The notes under the pieces are model-generated. The model was given only the letters and a program-made list of their open reading frames with translations. It was not told where the DNA came from and did no database searches. A program made the translations under genes and the position numbers. A stretch of DNA of 64,000 bases from Candidatus Omnitrophota bacterium. GTDB taxonomy: Bacteria > Omnitrophota > Gorgyraeia > Tantalellales > Tantalellaceae. Positions 12,364 to 20,403 of this stretch are shown one piece after another; the stretch's first letter is position 1; the number at the start of each line of letters is the position of its first letter. The stretch spans positions 2,323 through 66,322 of the forward strand of contig JAJRVD010000041.1 of NCBI GenBank assembly GCA_024277375.1, written 5' to 3'.

Positions 12364-12456
12364 AGATCCTTCGGCTTGACCTCGTTAACCCCGGTCTCGC
12401 TCAGGATAAAGTCGGTCATACAACTTATGTCGCTTTGCTCCATAAGTTGTATGACC
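12364..12456. repeat. Palindromic repeats in rpmH leader
   Basis: agatccttcggc...ctcgctcaggataa (reverse relative of the 18255-18442 host repeat), followed by a 16-bp stem ggtcatacaacttatg/cataagttgtatgacc. Confidence 0.65.
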
Positions 12457-12478
12457 TCATTCAATAAGGAGTTTTTAA

Positions 12479-12616
12479 GTGAAGAAAAATCTCAAACTGA
12501 AATCAAATCTGAAAAGAAAAAGAAAACATGGCTTTCGGGAAAGAAGCAGTTCTAAGGGCGGCCAGGATATCTTAAGCAGACGTCGTCGTAAAGGACGAAA
12601 AGTGCTGTCCGCGTAA
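12479..12616 (+). CDS. rpmH: 50S ribosomal protein L34
   Basis: Not in the ORF track. GTG start after AAGGAG: [45 protein letters not shown]. Confidence 0.93.
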   Translation: MKKNLKLKSNLKRKRKHGFRERSSSKGGQDILSRRRRKGRKVLSA

Positions 12617-12618
12617 GA

Positions 12619-12969
12619 GTGAAACATATAAGGAAGTCAAAAGATTTCGCTAGAGTGTTGCAAAACGGCAAAAAAACGCGCGGTAAAATGGTATCTCTAT
12701 ATTGTCTGACGGATAAGGGCGACGAGGACAAGGAAATATACGTTGGACTTATAGTTTCCAAGAGATGCGCGCCCAAAGCGGTTACAAGGAACCATATCCG
12801 ACGCCTCATATATGCTTTTTTCCGGGAAGAAAATGGCGCATGGGCCCGGGGAATCAAAACGGTGGTCAAGCTGGAAAAAGATGTCCGTGACGAAACAAGG
12901 AAAGAAATTTCCCTAATTATCAGAGGCGACCTGACAATCCTTTCGAAAAAGGCGGGGATCGTAGAATGA
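12619..12969 (+). CDS. rnpA: RNase P protein component
   Basis: GLIVSKR...AVTRNHIRR motif; synteny with rpmH. Confidence 0.88.
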   Translation: MKHIRKSKDFARVLQNGKKTRGKMVSLYCLTDKGDEDKEIYVGLIVSKRCAPKAVTRNHIRRLIYAFFREENGAWARGIKTVVKLEKDVRDETRKEISLIIRGDLTILSKKAGIVE

Positions 12970-13187
12970 AAAAAATATTGATCTTGGCACTGAAGGGGTA
13001 TAGAAGGTATATAAGCCCCTACACGATCAGAAGCTGTAGGCATGTCCCCTCTTGTTCCGAGTATGCCGTCGAGGCGGTTGAAAGATTCGGAATACTTAAA
13101 GGAAGCGCGCGGGCTGTTTGGCGAATATTAAAGTGTAATCCCTTCGTGCGTGGAGGATATGACCCGGTTGTTAAAAATAAAGGATAA
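12966..13187 (+). CDS. yidD: Membrane protein insertion efficiency factor
   Basis: YRRYISP..CRHVPSCSEYA...RILKCNPF..GGYDPV. Confidence 0.93.
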   Translation: MKKILILALKGYRRYISPYTIRSCRHVPSCSEYAVEAVERFGILKGSARAVWRILKCNPFVRGGYDPVVKNKG

Positions 13188-13191
13188 ATTT

Positions 13192-14796
13192 ATGGAAAAA
13201 AGGTTGATCATAGCGCTGGCACTATCTTTTCTGGTTTTGTTCGGATTTCAAAAAATCGGCAAAAAGAACGCGCCCATACAGCAAACCCCGACATATGCGA
13301 CAACACAAAGTCAATCAAGGGGTACGTCTGTTCCGGAAGCGGCGACCGCGCCCTCTCGAGCACTTGCCCGAGAAGAAGAAAAGCCGGCGGATGAAAACCA
13401 GACACGGATAAACACCGAGAAATTTCAACTAACCTTTTCAGACGCGGGAGGCACGCTAAAAGAGTTGGCTCTTGTAGAGTACGTTGAGGAGGGGGCTCCG
13501 GAAGTGCTTTTGTCGGTGGAATATCCGGCCCAAAGGCCATTTGCGCTGAGAAGCGCCCTTGTTGAAGGGCTAGACAGAAAGGCGTATCAAATGATACGAG
13601 GGGACGGCTTTTTGGAATATCGTCTGGTGGAGGAAGATTGGCTGGAAGTAACAAAAAGATTCACTTTTCATAAAACAGCGGATTATATAGAAGCGGCGAT
13701 CTCGATAAAGAATATCTCGCCCAGAAGGACGGCCTTCGCGTATACGATCTCCGGGCCGAACGGTATCAAGCAAACAAGCAAGGTTTCCGGACGGAACTTT
13801 ACCGAGGCGGACGCTTTGGTTGATGGCAAAATGTGGAAAGCAAAATCCCTGAAAGGACAACAAGAGAGAGAGGGGATCATCTCCTGGGTGGCCCTCAAGA
13901 ACAGGTATTTTACGGCGATCATGAAGCCTTTTAACGCGCCGCGAGCGGTGATATTTAAAGAAACGAAAAAGAAAAAGATCGTAACCACACTTACCAGCCG
14001 CACTTTTTCTTTAAACGCGGGAGAAACTTCCACGGACACATATCTTTTTTATGCCGGGCCGTTGTCCGAAGCCCGACTAGGGGCGGTAAACGAAGAGCTA
14101 AAACAAATAGTAGACTACGGTTTTTTTGGAGGGATAAGCAAGAAGCTTCTTCTGGTGTTAAGGTTTTTTCATAAGATAGTAAAGAACTGGGGATTGGCAA
14201 TAATTCTGCTGACACTCCTTATCAACGCGATCCTCTTTCCTCTTACGATGAAAAGTTTCACCTCCATGCATCAAATGAAGAAGATACAACCGCATATGCA
14301 AAAATTAAAAGAGCTGCATAAAGACAATCCTCAAAAACTAAACAAAGAAATGATGGCGCTGTATAAGACGTATAATGTCAACCCGCTTGGAGGGTGCCTC
14401 CCGATGCTTTTACAGATGCCCATATTTATATCCTTGTACCAGGGGCTTATAAGGTCTGTTGAACTAAAAGGAGCGGGTTTTTTGTGGATAAAAGATCTGG
14501 CGCAACCGGACGGGGTTCCCATGCCCTTTGGCTTGCCGGTAATCGGAAACTCCATAAACATCTTACCGCTTCTTATGGTTGTAGCTATGTTCTTTCAGCA
14601 AAAATTCTCACAAGGAAGCACCCCGGCGACAGGAGATCAGGCAAGTCAGCAGAAAATGATGATGTTTATGTTTCCGCTCTTTTTCGGATTTCTTTTTTAT
14701 AAGATGCCGTCGGGACTGGTTCTTTACTGGCTTACAAACACGATCTTGATGTCTTCAGAACAGGCATGGATAAGCAAACGGTCAAGCGCGGAATAA
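13192..14796 (+). CDS. yidC: Membrane protein insertase YidC
   Basis: NWGLAIILLT, NPLGGCLPMLLQMPIF and PSGLVLYW motifs; start MEKRLI. Confidence 0.96.
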   Translation: MEKRLIIALALSFLVLFGFQKIGKKNAPIQQTPTYATTQSQSRGTSVPEAATAPSRALAREEEKPADENQTRINTEKFQLTFSDAGGTLKELALVEYVEEGAPEVLLSVEYPAQRPFALRSALVEGLDRKAYQMIRGDGFLEYRLVEEDWLEVTKRFTFHKTADYIEAAISIKNISPRRTAFAYTISGPNGIKQTSKVSGRNFTEADALVDGKMWKAKSLKGQQEREGIISWVALKNRYFTAIMKPFNAPRAVIFKETKKKKIVTTLTSRTFSLNAGETSTDTYLFYAGPLSEARLGAVNEELKQIVDYGFFGGISKKLLLVLRFFHKIVKNWGLAIILLTLLINAILFPLTMKSFTSMHQMKKIQPHMQKLKELHKDNPQKLNKEMMALYKTYNVNPLGGCLPMLLQMPIFISLYQGLIRSVELKGAGFLWIKDLAQPDGVPMPFGLPVIGNSINILPLLMVVAMFFQQKFSQGSTPATGDQASQQKMMMFMFPLFFGFLFYKMPSGLVLYWLTNTILMSSEQAWISKRSSAE

Positions 14797-14808
14797 GGCG
14801 GATAAAGA

Positions 14809-15048
14809 ATGTACAAAAAAAAGGCCGAATCTGCGGCGGAAACAAAAAAACTTAAAAAAAGCGGTAAGATCACAACAATAGAAGTTGAAGATGTTACCAC
14901 TGAAAAAGCGATGCGCAAAGCGTTAAGAGCTCTGGGAGCCAAGAAGAAAGAAGTAAAGATCGAGGTTCTCAAGGAAGAGCAAAAAGGTCTTTTTGGAATG
15001 AAAGGCGCGGAGCTGGCGAAGATAAAAGTAACACTGAAAAACCAATGA
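14809..15048 (+). CDS. Jag/KhpB N-terminal domain-only protein
   Basis: TTEKAMRKAL..LG....EV.IEVL.E..KGLFG...A...V matches Jag_N; no KH or R3H domain follows. Confidence 0.8.
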   Translation: MYKKKAESAAETKKLKKSGKITTIEVEDVTTEKAMRKALRALGAKKKEVKIEVLKEEQKGLFGMKGAELAKIKVTLKNQ

Positions 15049-17271
15049 TCAAGAAGGCACCGGCTCTTCTTCCTCCTCTTGAATGATTTCAATAAAAGTA
15101 TTCACTATCTCAGGGTCAAAATGCGAGCCTGAAGAGTCTTGAATGATCTTTATGGCTGTTCCCGTGTCAAAAGCTTTTCGATAAGGCCGATCAGAAGTGA
15201 GAGCTTGATAAACATCGGCTAACGCGATAATACGCGCCCCGCGCGGGATCTCAGAACCCGCAAGCCCGCAAGGGTACCCTCCCCCATCCCACTTTTCGTG
15301 ATGGTAATAAATTAGAGGAATAATATCCTGCAGAAAATGTATGGGACGCAAAATGTCAGCGGCTATCTGAGGATGTTTTTTTATCTCTTCGAATTCCTGT
15401 TCTGTGAGCTTGCCGGCCTTTAGAAGGATCTTATCGCTTATACCCACTTTTCCCAGGTCATGCAACATAGCTCCCTGTCGGATGCGTTCTATTTCTTCCG
15501 GAGGAAGGCCCAGTTTTTTGGCGATCTTTAGCGCGTAACGAACGGTTTTCTCCACATGGTCGCCTGTATAATTGTCTTTCATCTCGATAGTTTTGGCAAA
15601 AGCAAAAATAGCTTCCGCCGAGCTCTGGTTTTCCCTCTTGGTAAGACGCTCCAGCTTATTGGCGAGACTTTGCATGTTGTCCGTGTCGGAAGACATGGTC
15701 CGGGAAGACCGCTTTTTTATGGAGGAGAGATCATAAACTCTATTCCCTCCGTCTGACTGGGCTTTGTGCAGTATCTTTTCGGTTTTGTCTATTAAGCTGG
15801 ATCCCTTCGAGGCCTTGTCTTCAGGATATGAAGAGACCCCCACACTTAACCGTAACTGCACAGTATGTTGTTTGTCTCCGAATTTATAGAAATTTACCGT
15901 TTCCAGGATCCTTTGAGTCAGCGCCATAGTGATGGTTTTGTCTATGCGCGAAGAGATAACCACAAATTTTTCTCCTTCAAGGCGGGTGATAACATCATAC
16001 TTGCGGAACGTTTGCTGCAGGTATTCCGCGAATTGTTTTAGCACCAGATCGCCAAACTTTCGGCCATAAAGATCGTTAATTGATTTAAAATAGTCTATGT
16101 CAAGCATGACTACCGATAACGGGTATCCCATCCTTTTTGCCCGATCAAACTCGGCCTCAATGGATTTTTCAAGGAAACGATGATTATAAAGACCGGTAAG
16201 AGGGTCTATTAAAGCAAGCTCTCTCAGTTTTTTATTCGCGGCGATAAGGTCTTTCTGGAATTGTCTTATTTGTTCATCGAAATTTCTACGTTCAGTAACG
16301 TCTTCACCGGAACTCAGGCATCCGATGACTTTCCCGTCGGGGTCTTTAACGGCGGCGTGGCGCCAGGAGATCGTCCGCTCTTCCCCGCTTTTTGTTAAAA
16401 CAGGAAGCTCAAAAGAATCAAAAGTTTTGAAGCGACCGGAAAGCACTTTGTCAAAAATTTCCGTCATCGGTTCCTTCAGTCTTCGCGGAACAAAATTAGT
16501 AAACCAGTTTTTGCCTACGATATCTTCCCTTTTTTGCCCCAGGATCATGCAGCCGCAGTTATTGATCCTTTCAACTTTTTTATCCGGCCCTATCACAACC
16601 ATCAAAACATCAGCTATATCAAAATAAAGCCTCACCTTGTCGCGCTCCTCTTTTAACGCGTTTTCGGTGCGCTTAAGTTGTGTGATATCTTTGAAAACTC
16701 CTATAATATGCGCTAACTTGCCCTTTTCATCCTTTATCATGGAACCCGTGACAATTAAGGGGATCTTTTTGCCTTGTTTCGTAAGCGCGATGGTCTCAAA
16801 TTTTTTCATTACGCCGGAACGCACCATATCTTCCATTGTTTTTATGTGGGAAGAGAGCTCTTTCCGGGGAAAAAGCTTAAAGATAGACTTGCCCACTATC
16901 TCCCGGGTGGTATAACCCCAAATTCTCGTGAAAGCGTTGTTTATGCTGGCGACTTTCGCGTCAGGCGTCATTACGATCACGGCATCAGCTATGGCATTAA
17001 AGTACTGTGCCGATTTCTCGAGATCCTCGTAGGACTTAAGGTTAACGGGGGTTTTAGTGCTTTTTGAAGAGCGTAGGTACTCATTAACAAGCGCATGTAG
17101 TTTTATGTGCCCGAGTTTAGACTCGATCTTGGCCGCGGCCACCTGAGCTTCGACTTCCTTCAAGACGGCTTCAGCCTCTTTTCTTGAAGCGCTCACAGTT
17201 TCGCGCAGCCGTTTGCCGTTTATGCGGTAGTCAATGAAGTATTTGCCGTTTTTTTTACGTAAAGTAGCCAT
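15049..17271 (-). CDS. Integrase-arm-like / PAS / PAS / GGDEF(degenerate) / HD-GYP signalling protein
   Basis: Two PAS-PAC units; DPLTGLYN..DIDYFKSIND..RKYD..RLEGEKF; HDLGK..HHEKWDGGGYP. Confidence 0.88.
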   Translation of the reverse strand: MATLRKKNGKYFIDYRINGKRLRETVSASRKEAEAVLKEVEAQVAAAKIESKLGHIKLHALVNEYLRSSKSTKTPVNLKSYEDLEKSAQYFNAIADAVIVMTPDAKVASINNAFTRIWGYTTREIVGKSIFKLFPRKELSSHIKTMEDMVRSGVMKKFETIALTKQGKKIPLIVTGSMIKDEKGKLAHIIGVFKDITQLKRTENALKEERDKVRLYFDIADVLMVVIGPDKKVERINNCGCMILGQKREDIVGKNWFTNFVPRRLKEPMTEIFDKVLSGRFKTFDSFELPVLTKSGEERTISWRHAAVKDPDGKVIGCLSSGEDVTERRNFDEQIRQFQKDLIAANKKLRELALIDPLTGLYNHRFLEKSIEAEFDRAKRMGYPLSVVMLDIDYFKSINDLYGRKFGDLVLKQFAEYLQQTFRKYDVITRLEGEKFVVISSRIDKTITMALTQRILETVNFYKFGDKQHTVQLRLSVGVSSYPEDKASKGSSLIDKTEKILHKAQSDGGNRVYDLSSIKKRSSRTMSSDTDNMQSLANKLERLTKRENQSSAEAIFAFAKTIEMKDNYTGDHVEKTVRYALKIAKKLGLPPEEIERIRQGAMLHDLGKVGISDKILLKAGKLTEQEFEEIKKHPQIAADILRPIHFLQDIIPLIYYHHEKWDGGGYPCGLAGSEIPRGARIIALADVYQALTSDRPYRKAFDTGTAIKIIQDSSGSHFDPEIVNTFIEIIQEEEEEPVPS

Positions 17272-17763
17272 GGTGTCCTGCTCCTTTCAGTGCCCAAAGT
17301 GCCCAGAAAAAACACACCACAAAACCTCAAAATGGACAATACAAAGTGTACCACAGTTTTTCCCAATAGTCAAAATTAACGCAAAAAAAAGCAACAAAAT
17401 TTTAGCGATTTAAAAAAAACAAAATACGCAAAAAAAACTCAAAAACATAAAGCCATAAAACCTTTGGTTGTAAGGTGTTATGCTTGCAGGAAAAAGGAGA
17501 GGCCACGGCATGGGAGTGCCCATATTTTGGGCACCGTCTAAAAAAGCAGGCAAAACCCGGGAAAACTTTGAGATATAAAAAAAGAGTTTTTGGATACGTG
17601 GAAAAGGAGCACAAAAGAGCCAAAGAACGGGAGACCCAGGGGCACTAAAAGATTTGTGCCAGGAAAAGCAAGATATCCCACCTGTTGAAAACCTGTGCAT
17701 AACTACATAACATTTTTAGCTATAATGAGTTATGCGTGTAAAACAAAACGCTGTTTTTTCAAT

Positions 17764-17882
17764 CAGACCGTGTCATAATGTAGGGGCTTGATTCATCAAG
17801 CCCGTTATATCGGGTTCGATAAATCGAACCCCTACTATGTCTTGTATGCGGCCATCCGCAAAACAAATTACGACACAGCTCG
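17764..17882. mobile_element. MITE-A copy 3, nested in outer element B
   Basis: 119 bp with a perfect AAT duplication. Its flanks match those of the copies at 44284 and 54850. Confidence 0.88.
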
Positions 17883-18083
17883 AATGACGAAAGTTCCGTT
17901 TTGTAGGATCCTTTTTGAGTTTCAAGAACCCCGCATGTTGAGGGCCGAAAAATCTAAAGACGGTTACGCTGCTGTCAAAAAAGTGAATAGCCAGAGTTTT
18001 TGGTATAGCGAAGCAAGTTTCCGTCCGCTTTGCCTTCGGCAAATGCTCAAGGAGCCTTTTTGACCGTTTCACAGGCCAAAAAG

Positions 18084-18099
18084 GTTTCCACGTGGAAAC
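18084..18099. promoter_or_regulatory. parS-like palindrome
   Basis: GTTTCCACGTGGAAAC. The central 12 bp match parS TGTTCCACGTGGAACA; located about 400 bp upstream of parA. Confidence 0.6.
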
Positions 18100-18278
18100 T
18101 CTTCTTTGGGCAGTACAAAGGGCCCGGTGAATTCCTACCAGGTTTCCCTGTACGGAATCCCGCACACATCCTTTCCCGGATATAAAACAAATTCTAAGGC
18201 CGACCTCGCACGGGATAATACACAGCATCTTTCGCCACAATAAAACCATCAGATGTCATCCTGAGCGAGGCCCGATTG

Positions 18279-18397
18279 CAGACTGTGCCATAATGTAGGG
18301 GCTTGATTCATCAAGCCCGTTATATCGGGTTCGATGAATCGAACCCCTACATTATGTTGTATACGGCCATTCACGAAACGAATTACGACACAGCCCG
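18279..18397. mobile_element. MITE-A copy 4, inside a GTCATCCTGAGCG...GAAGGATCT repeat
   Basis: 119 bp; host repeat halves at 18255-18278 and 18398-18442. Confidence 0.85.
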
Positions 18398-18461
18398 CTT
18401 GTCCCGAGCGAAGCCGAGGGAAAGGGCCGAGTCGAAGGATCTAAAAACGCGAGATAAATCA

Positions 18462-18490
18462 TTGACACAAGAACACCCGTGTGATATAGT
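18462..18490 (+). promoter_or_regulatory. parAB promoter
   Basis: TTGACA-17 bp-TATAGT with TGn. Confidence 0.7.
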
Positions 18491-18497
18491 GATTTCG

Positions 18498-19328
18498 ATG
18501 AAGAAGATAGCATTTTGCAATCAGAAGGGCGGCGTAGCAAAGACAACATCAGCAATAAACATTGCCGCGTATCTTGCCTTGAATGGAAGAAGAACACTCC
18601 TGGTAGACCTGGACCCCCAGGCAAACGCTACAAGTGGCGTAGGCATTGACAAAGAGAATATCACCCAAAGCATCTATAATGTGCTGCACGAACACATAAC
18701 ACCAAAAGAAGCCGTCATGGAGACGGCAATAGAGAATTTGTATGTGCTGCCGTCAAACATAAGTCTTACCGGCGCGGAAGTAGAACTCGTAAATGTTATG
18801 GGCAGAGAGTACAGGCTTAAGAAAGCGTTGGAAGAGATCCAGACAGAATTTGATTATGCTATCTTTGATTGTCCTCCGTCGTTGGGGCTTTTGACGATCA
18901 ATGGTCTTACGGCAGCGGATTCAGTAATTGTTCCCATACAATGCGAGTACTACGCACTGGAAGGGGTAGGCCAGTTGATGAAAACATTAGAGCTTATCCG
19001 GGAGAATTTAAATGAAAGGTTAGCCATAGAAGGGATCCTTATGACCCTGGCAGACTTCCGGACGAATCTGACCAAAGAAGTCATAAGCGAAGTGAAACAG
19101 CATTTTGGTGATAAGGTTTACCGGACAATAATACCCAGAACCATCAAGCTGACAGAAGCTCCCGGGTTCGGGAAACCAATAGCTTTATATGCGGAGCATT
19201 CAACGGGCGCAAAAAAATACGCGGAGGTGACCAGAGAGATACTGGGGTTGCCATTAAGCTCGCAACTTATTGAGGGCGAAGAAGTTGCAGCAACGACAGA
19301 GGAGAGTCATGGAGAAGCGATTGGGTAA
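18498..19328 (+). CDS. parA: ParA/Soj ATPase
   Basis: NQKGGVAKTT, DLDPQANAT and DCPPSLG motifs. True start is MKKIAF; the upstream ORF extension is MITE sequence. Confidence 0.95.
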   Translation: MKKIAFCNQKGGVAKTTSAINIAAYLALNGRRTLLVDLDPQANATSGVGIDKENITQSIYNVLHEHITPKEAVMETAIENLYVLPSNISLTGAEVELVNVMGREYRLKKALEEIQTEFDYAIFDCPPSLGLLTINGLTAADSVIVPIQCEYYALEGVGQLMKTLELIRENLNERLAIEGILMTLADFRTNLTKEVISEVKQHFGDKVYRTIIPRTIKLTEAPGFGKPIALYAEHSTGAKKYAEVTREILGLPLSSQLIEGEEVAATTEESHGEAIG

Positions 19329-20142
19329 AGGGCTAGGCGCTCTTATTTCAGAAGAACCGAGTAAAGCGAAAGAAAAGGTAGAAAAGATCCGGTTGACGGA
19401 AATAGTTCCAAACCCGTTTCAGCCGCGGAAAAACTTTGGTTCGGAAAAAATGGAAGACCTGATAAACTCTATTCGCGAAAAAGGCGTGATCCAGCCCATA
19501 CTGGTTCGTCCGGTTGACACCGGGTACGAGATAATAGCCGGTGAAAGAAGATGGCGAGCCGCCCAACAATTAGAGTTGGAAGAGATCCCGGCGCTAGTAA
19601 GAAAAGAAACAGATGACGTCAGTAGTCTTGAGATCTCAATTATCGAGAACATCCAGAGAGAAGAACTCAATCCCATTGAAGAAGCAAGCGCTTATCAGGA
19701 GCTGGTAAGTAAGTTTGCGTATACATTAGACAACGTCGGCCGGATGGTCGGTAAAGATAAAACAACGATCTCTAACAGCCTGCGGCTCTTATCCCTCTCG
19801 AAAGAGATCCGGATCCTCATAGAAGAAGGAAGGATCTCATCTGGCCACGCCAAAGCGCTTCTGTCTGTTTCAAGCGAAAGGAAGAGAAAGGCAATTCTTG
19901 TAGCGATCCTCCGGAAGGGCCTGTCAGTCAGGGAAGCGGAACATTTGGCCAAGAAAACAGGACAGTTAAAAACCAAAACAAGCAGGGCAAAAGATCCGGA
20001 AGCTCTCAGGATAGAAGAAGACCTCCGCCATAAGCTCGGGACCAAAGTGAACATCCGCCAGGGCAAAAAAAGAGGGCAGATAGAGATCCAGTACTATTCC
20101 AATGAAGACCTTCAGCGCATCCTGGGTCTCATCCTTTCGTAA
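19309..20142 (+). CDS. parB: ParB/Spo0J
   Basis: LGKGLGAL, PNPFQPR, GERRWRA and ENIQREELNPIEEA motifs. Confidence 0.95.
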   Translation: MEKRLGKGLGALISEEPSKAKEKVEKIRLTEIVPNPFQPRKNFGSEKMEDLINSIREKGVIQPILVRPVDTGYEIIAGERRWRAAQQLELEEIPALVRKETDDVSSLEISIIENIQREELNPIEEASAYQELVSKFAYTLDNVGRMVGKDKTTISNSLRLLSLSKEIRILIEEGRISSGHAKALLSVSSERKRKAILVAILRKGLSVREAEHLAKKTGQLKTKTSRAKDPEALRIEEDLRHKLGTKVNIRQGKKRGQIEIQYYSNEDLQRILGLILS

Positions 20143-20316
20143 AACGAAATCAAAAATAACATAGGAGCGGCCTCCCCTCGACCTCGCTCGGGACAGGCTG
20201 GCCGCGAACCAGTGGTGCATTTCTACCGGGGGCGACGGATCTCTGTTGCGGCAAAGTGCGAACCATGTTATTGCACAAAGGGGAAGTTAGAAAGGCAAAA
20301 GGAAGCAAGCTTTGAG

Positions 20317-20345
20317 TTGAGCGAACGAAGCGTTTCTGCTATAAT
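20317..20345 (+). promoter_or_regulatory. Promoter for giant gene
   Basis: TTGAGC-17 bp-TATAAT with TGn. Confidence 0.55.
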
Positions 20346-20403
20346 GTTATAATAACAAACACCTAGAAGGCAAAACATATAGTAAACGTAGTACATAACA
20401 CAT

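Noticed and set aside
15049-18250. Intact prophage or integrative element
   Set aside because: No integrase catalytic domain, no att duplication and no other phage genes were seen.
17788-18497. ORFs beginning MIHQARYIGFD (17788, the 18303 extension of parA, 44135-44350) and similar RGSIYRTR ORFs
   Set aside because: These are translations of MITE-A sequence; parA homology starts at 18498.
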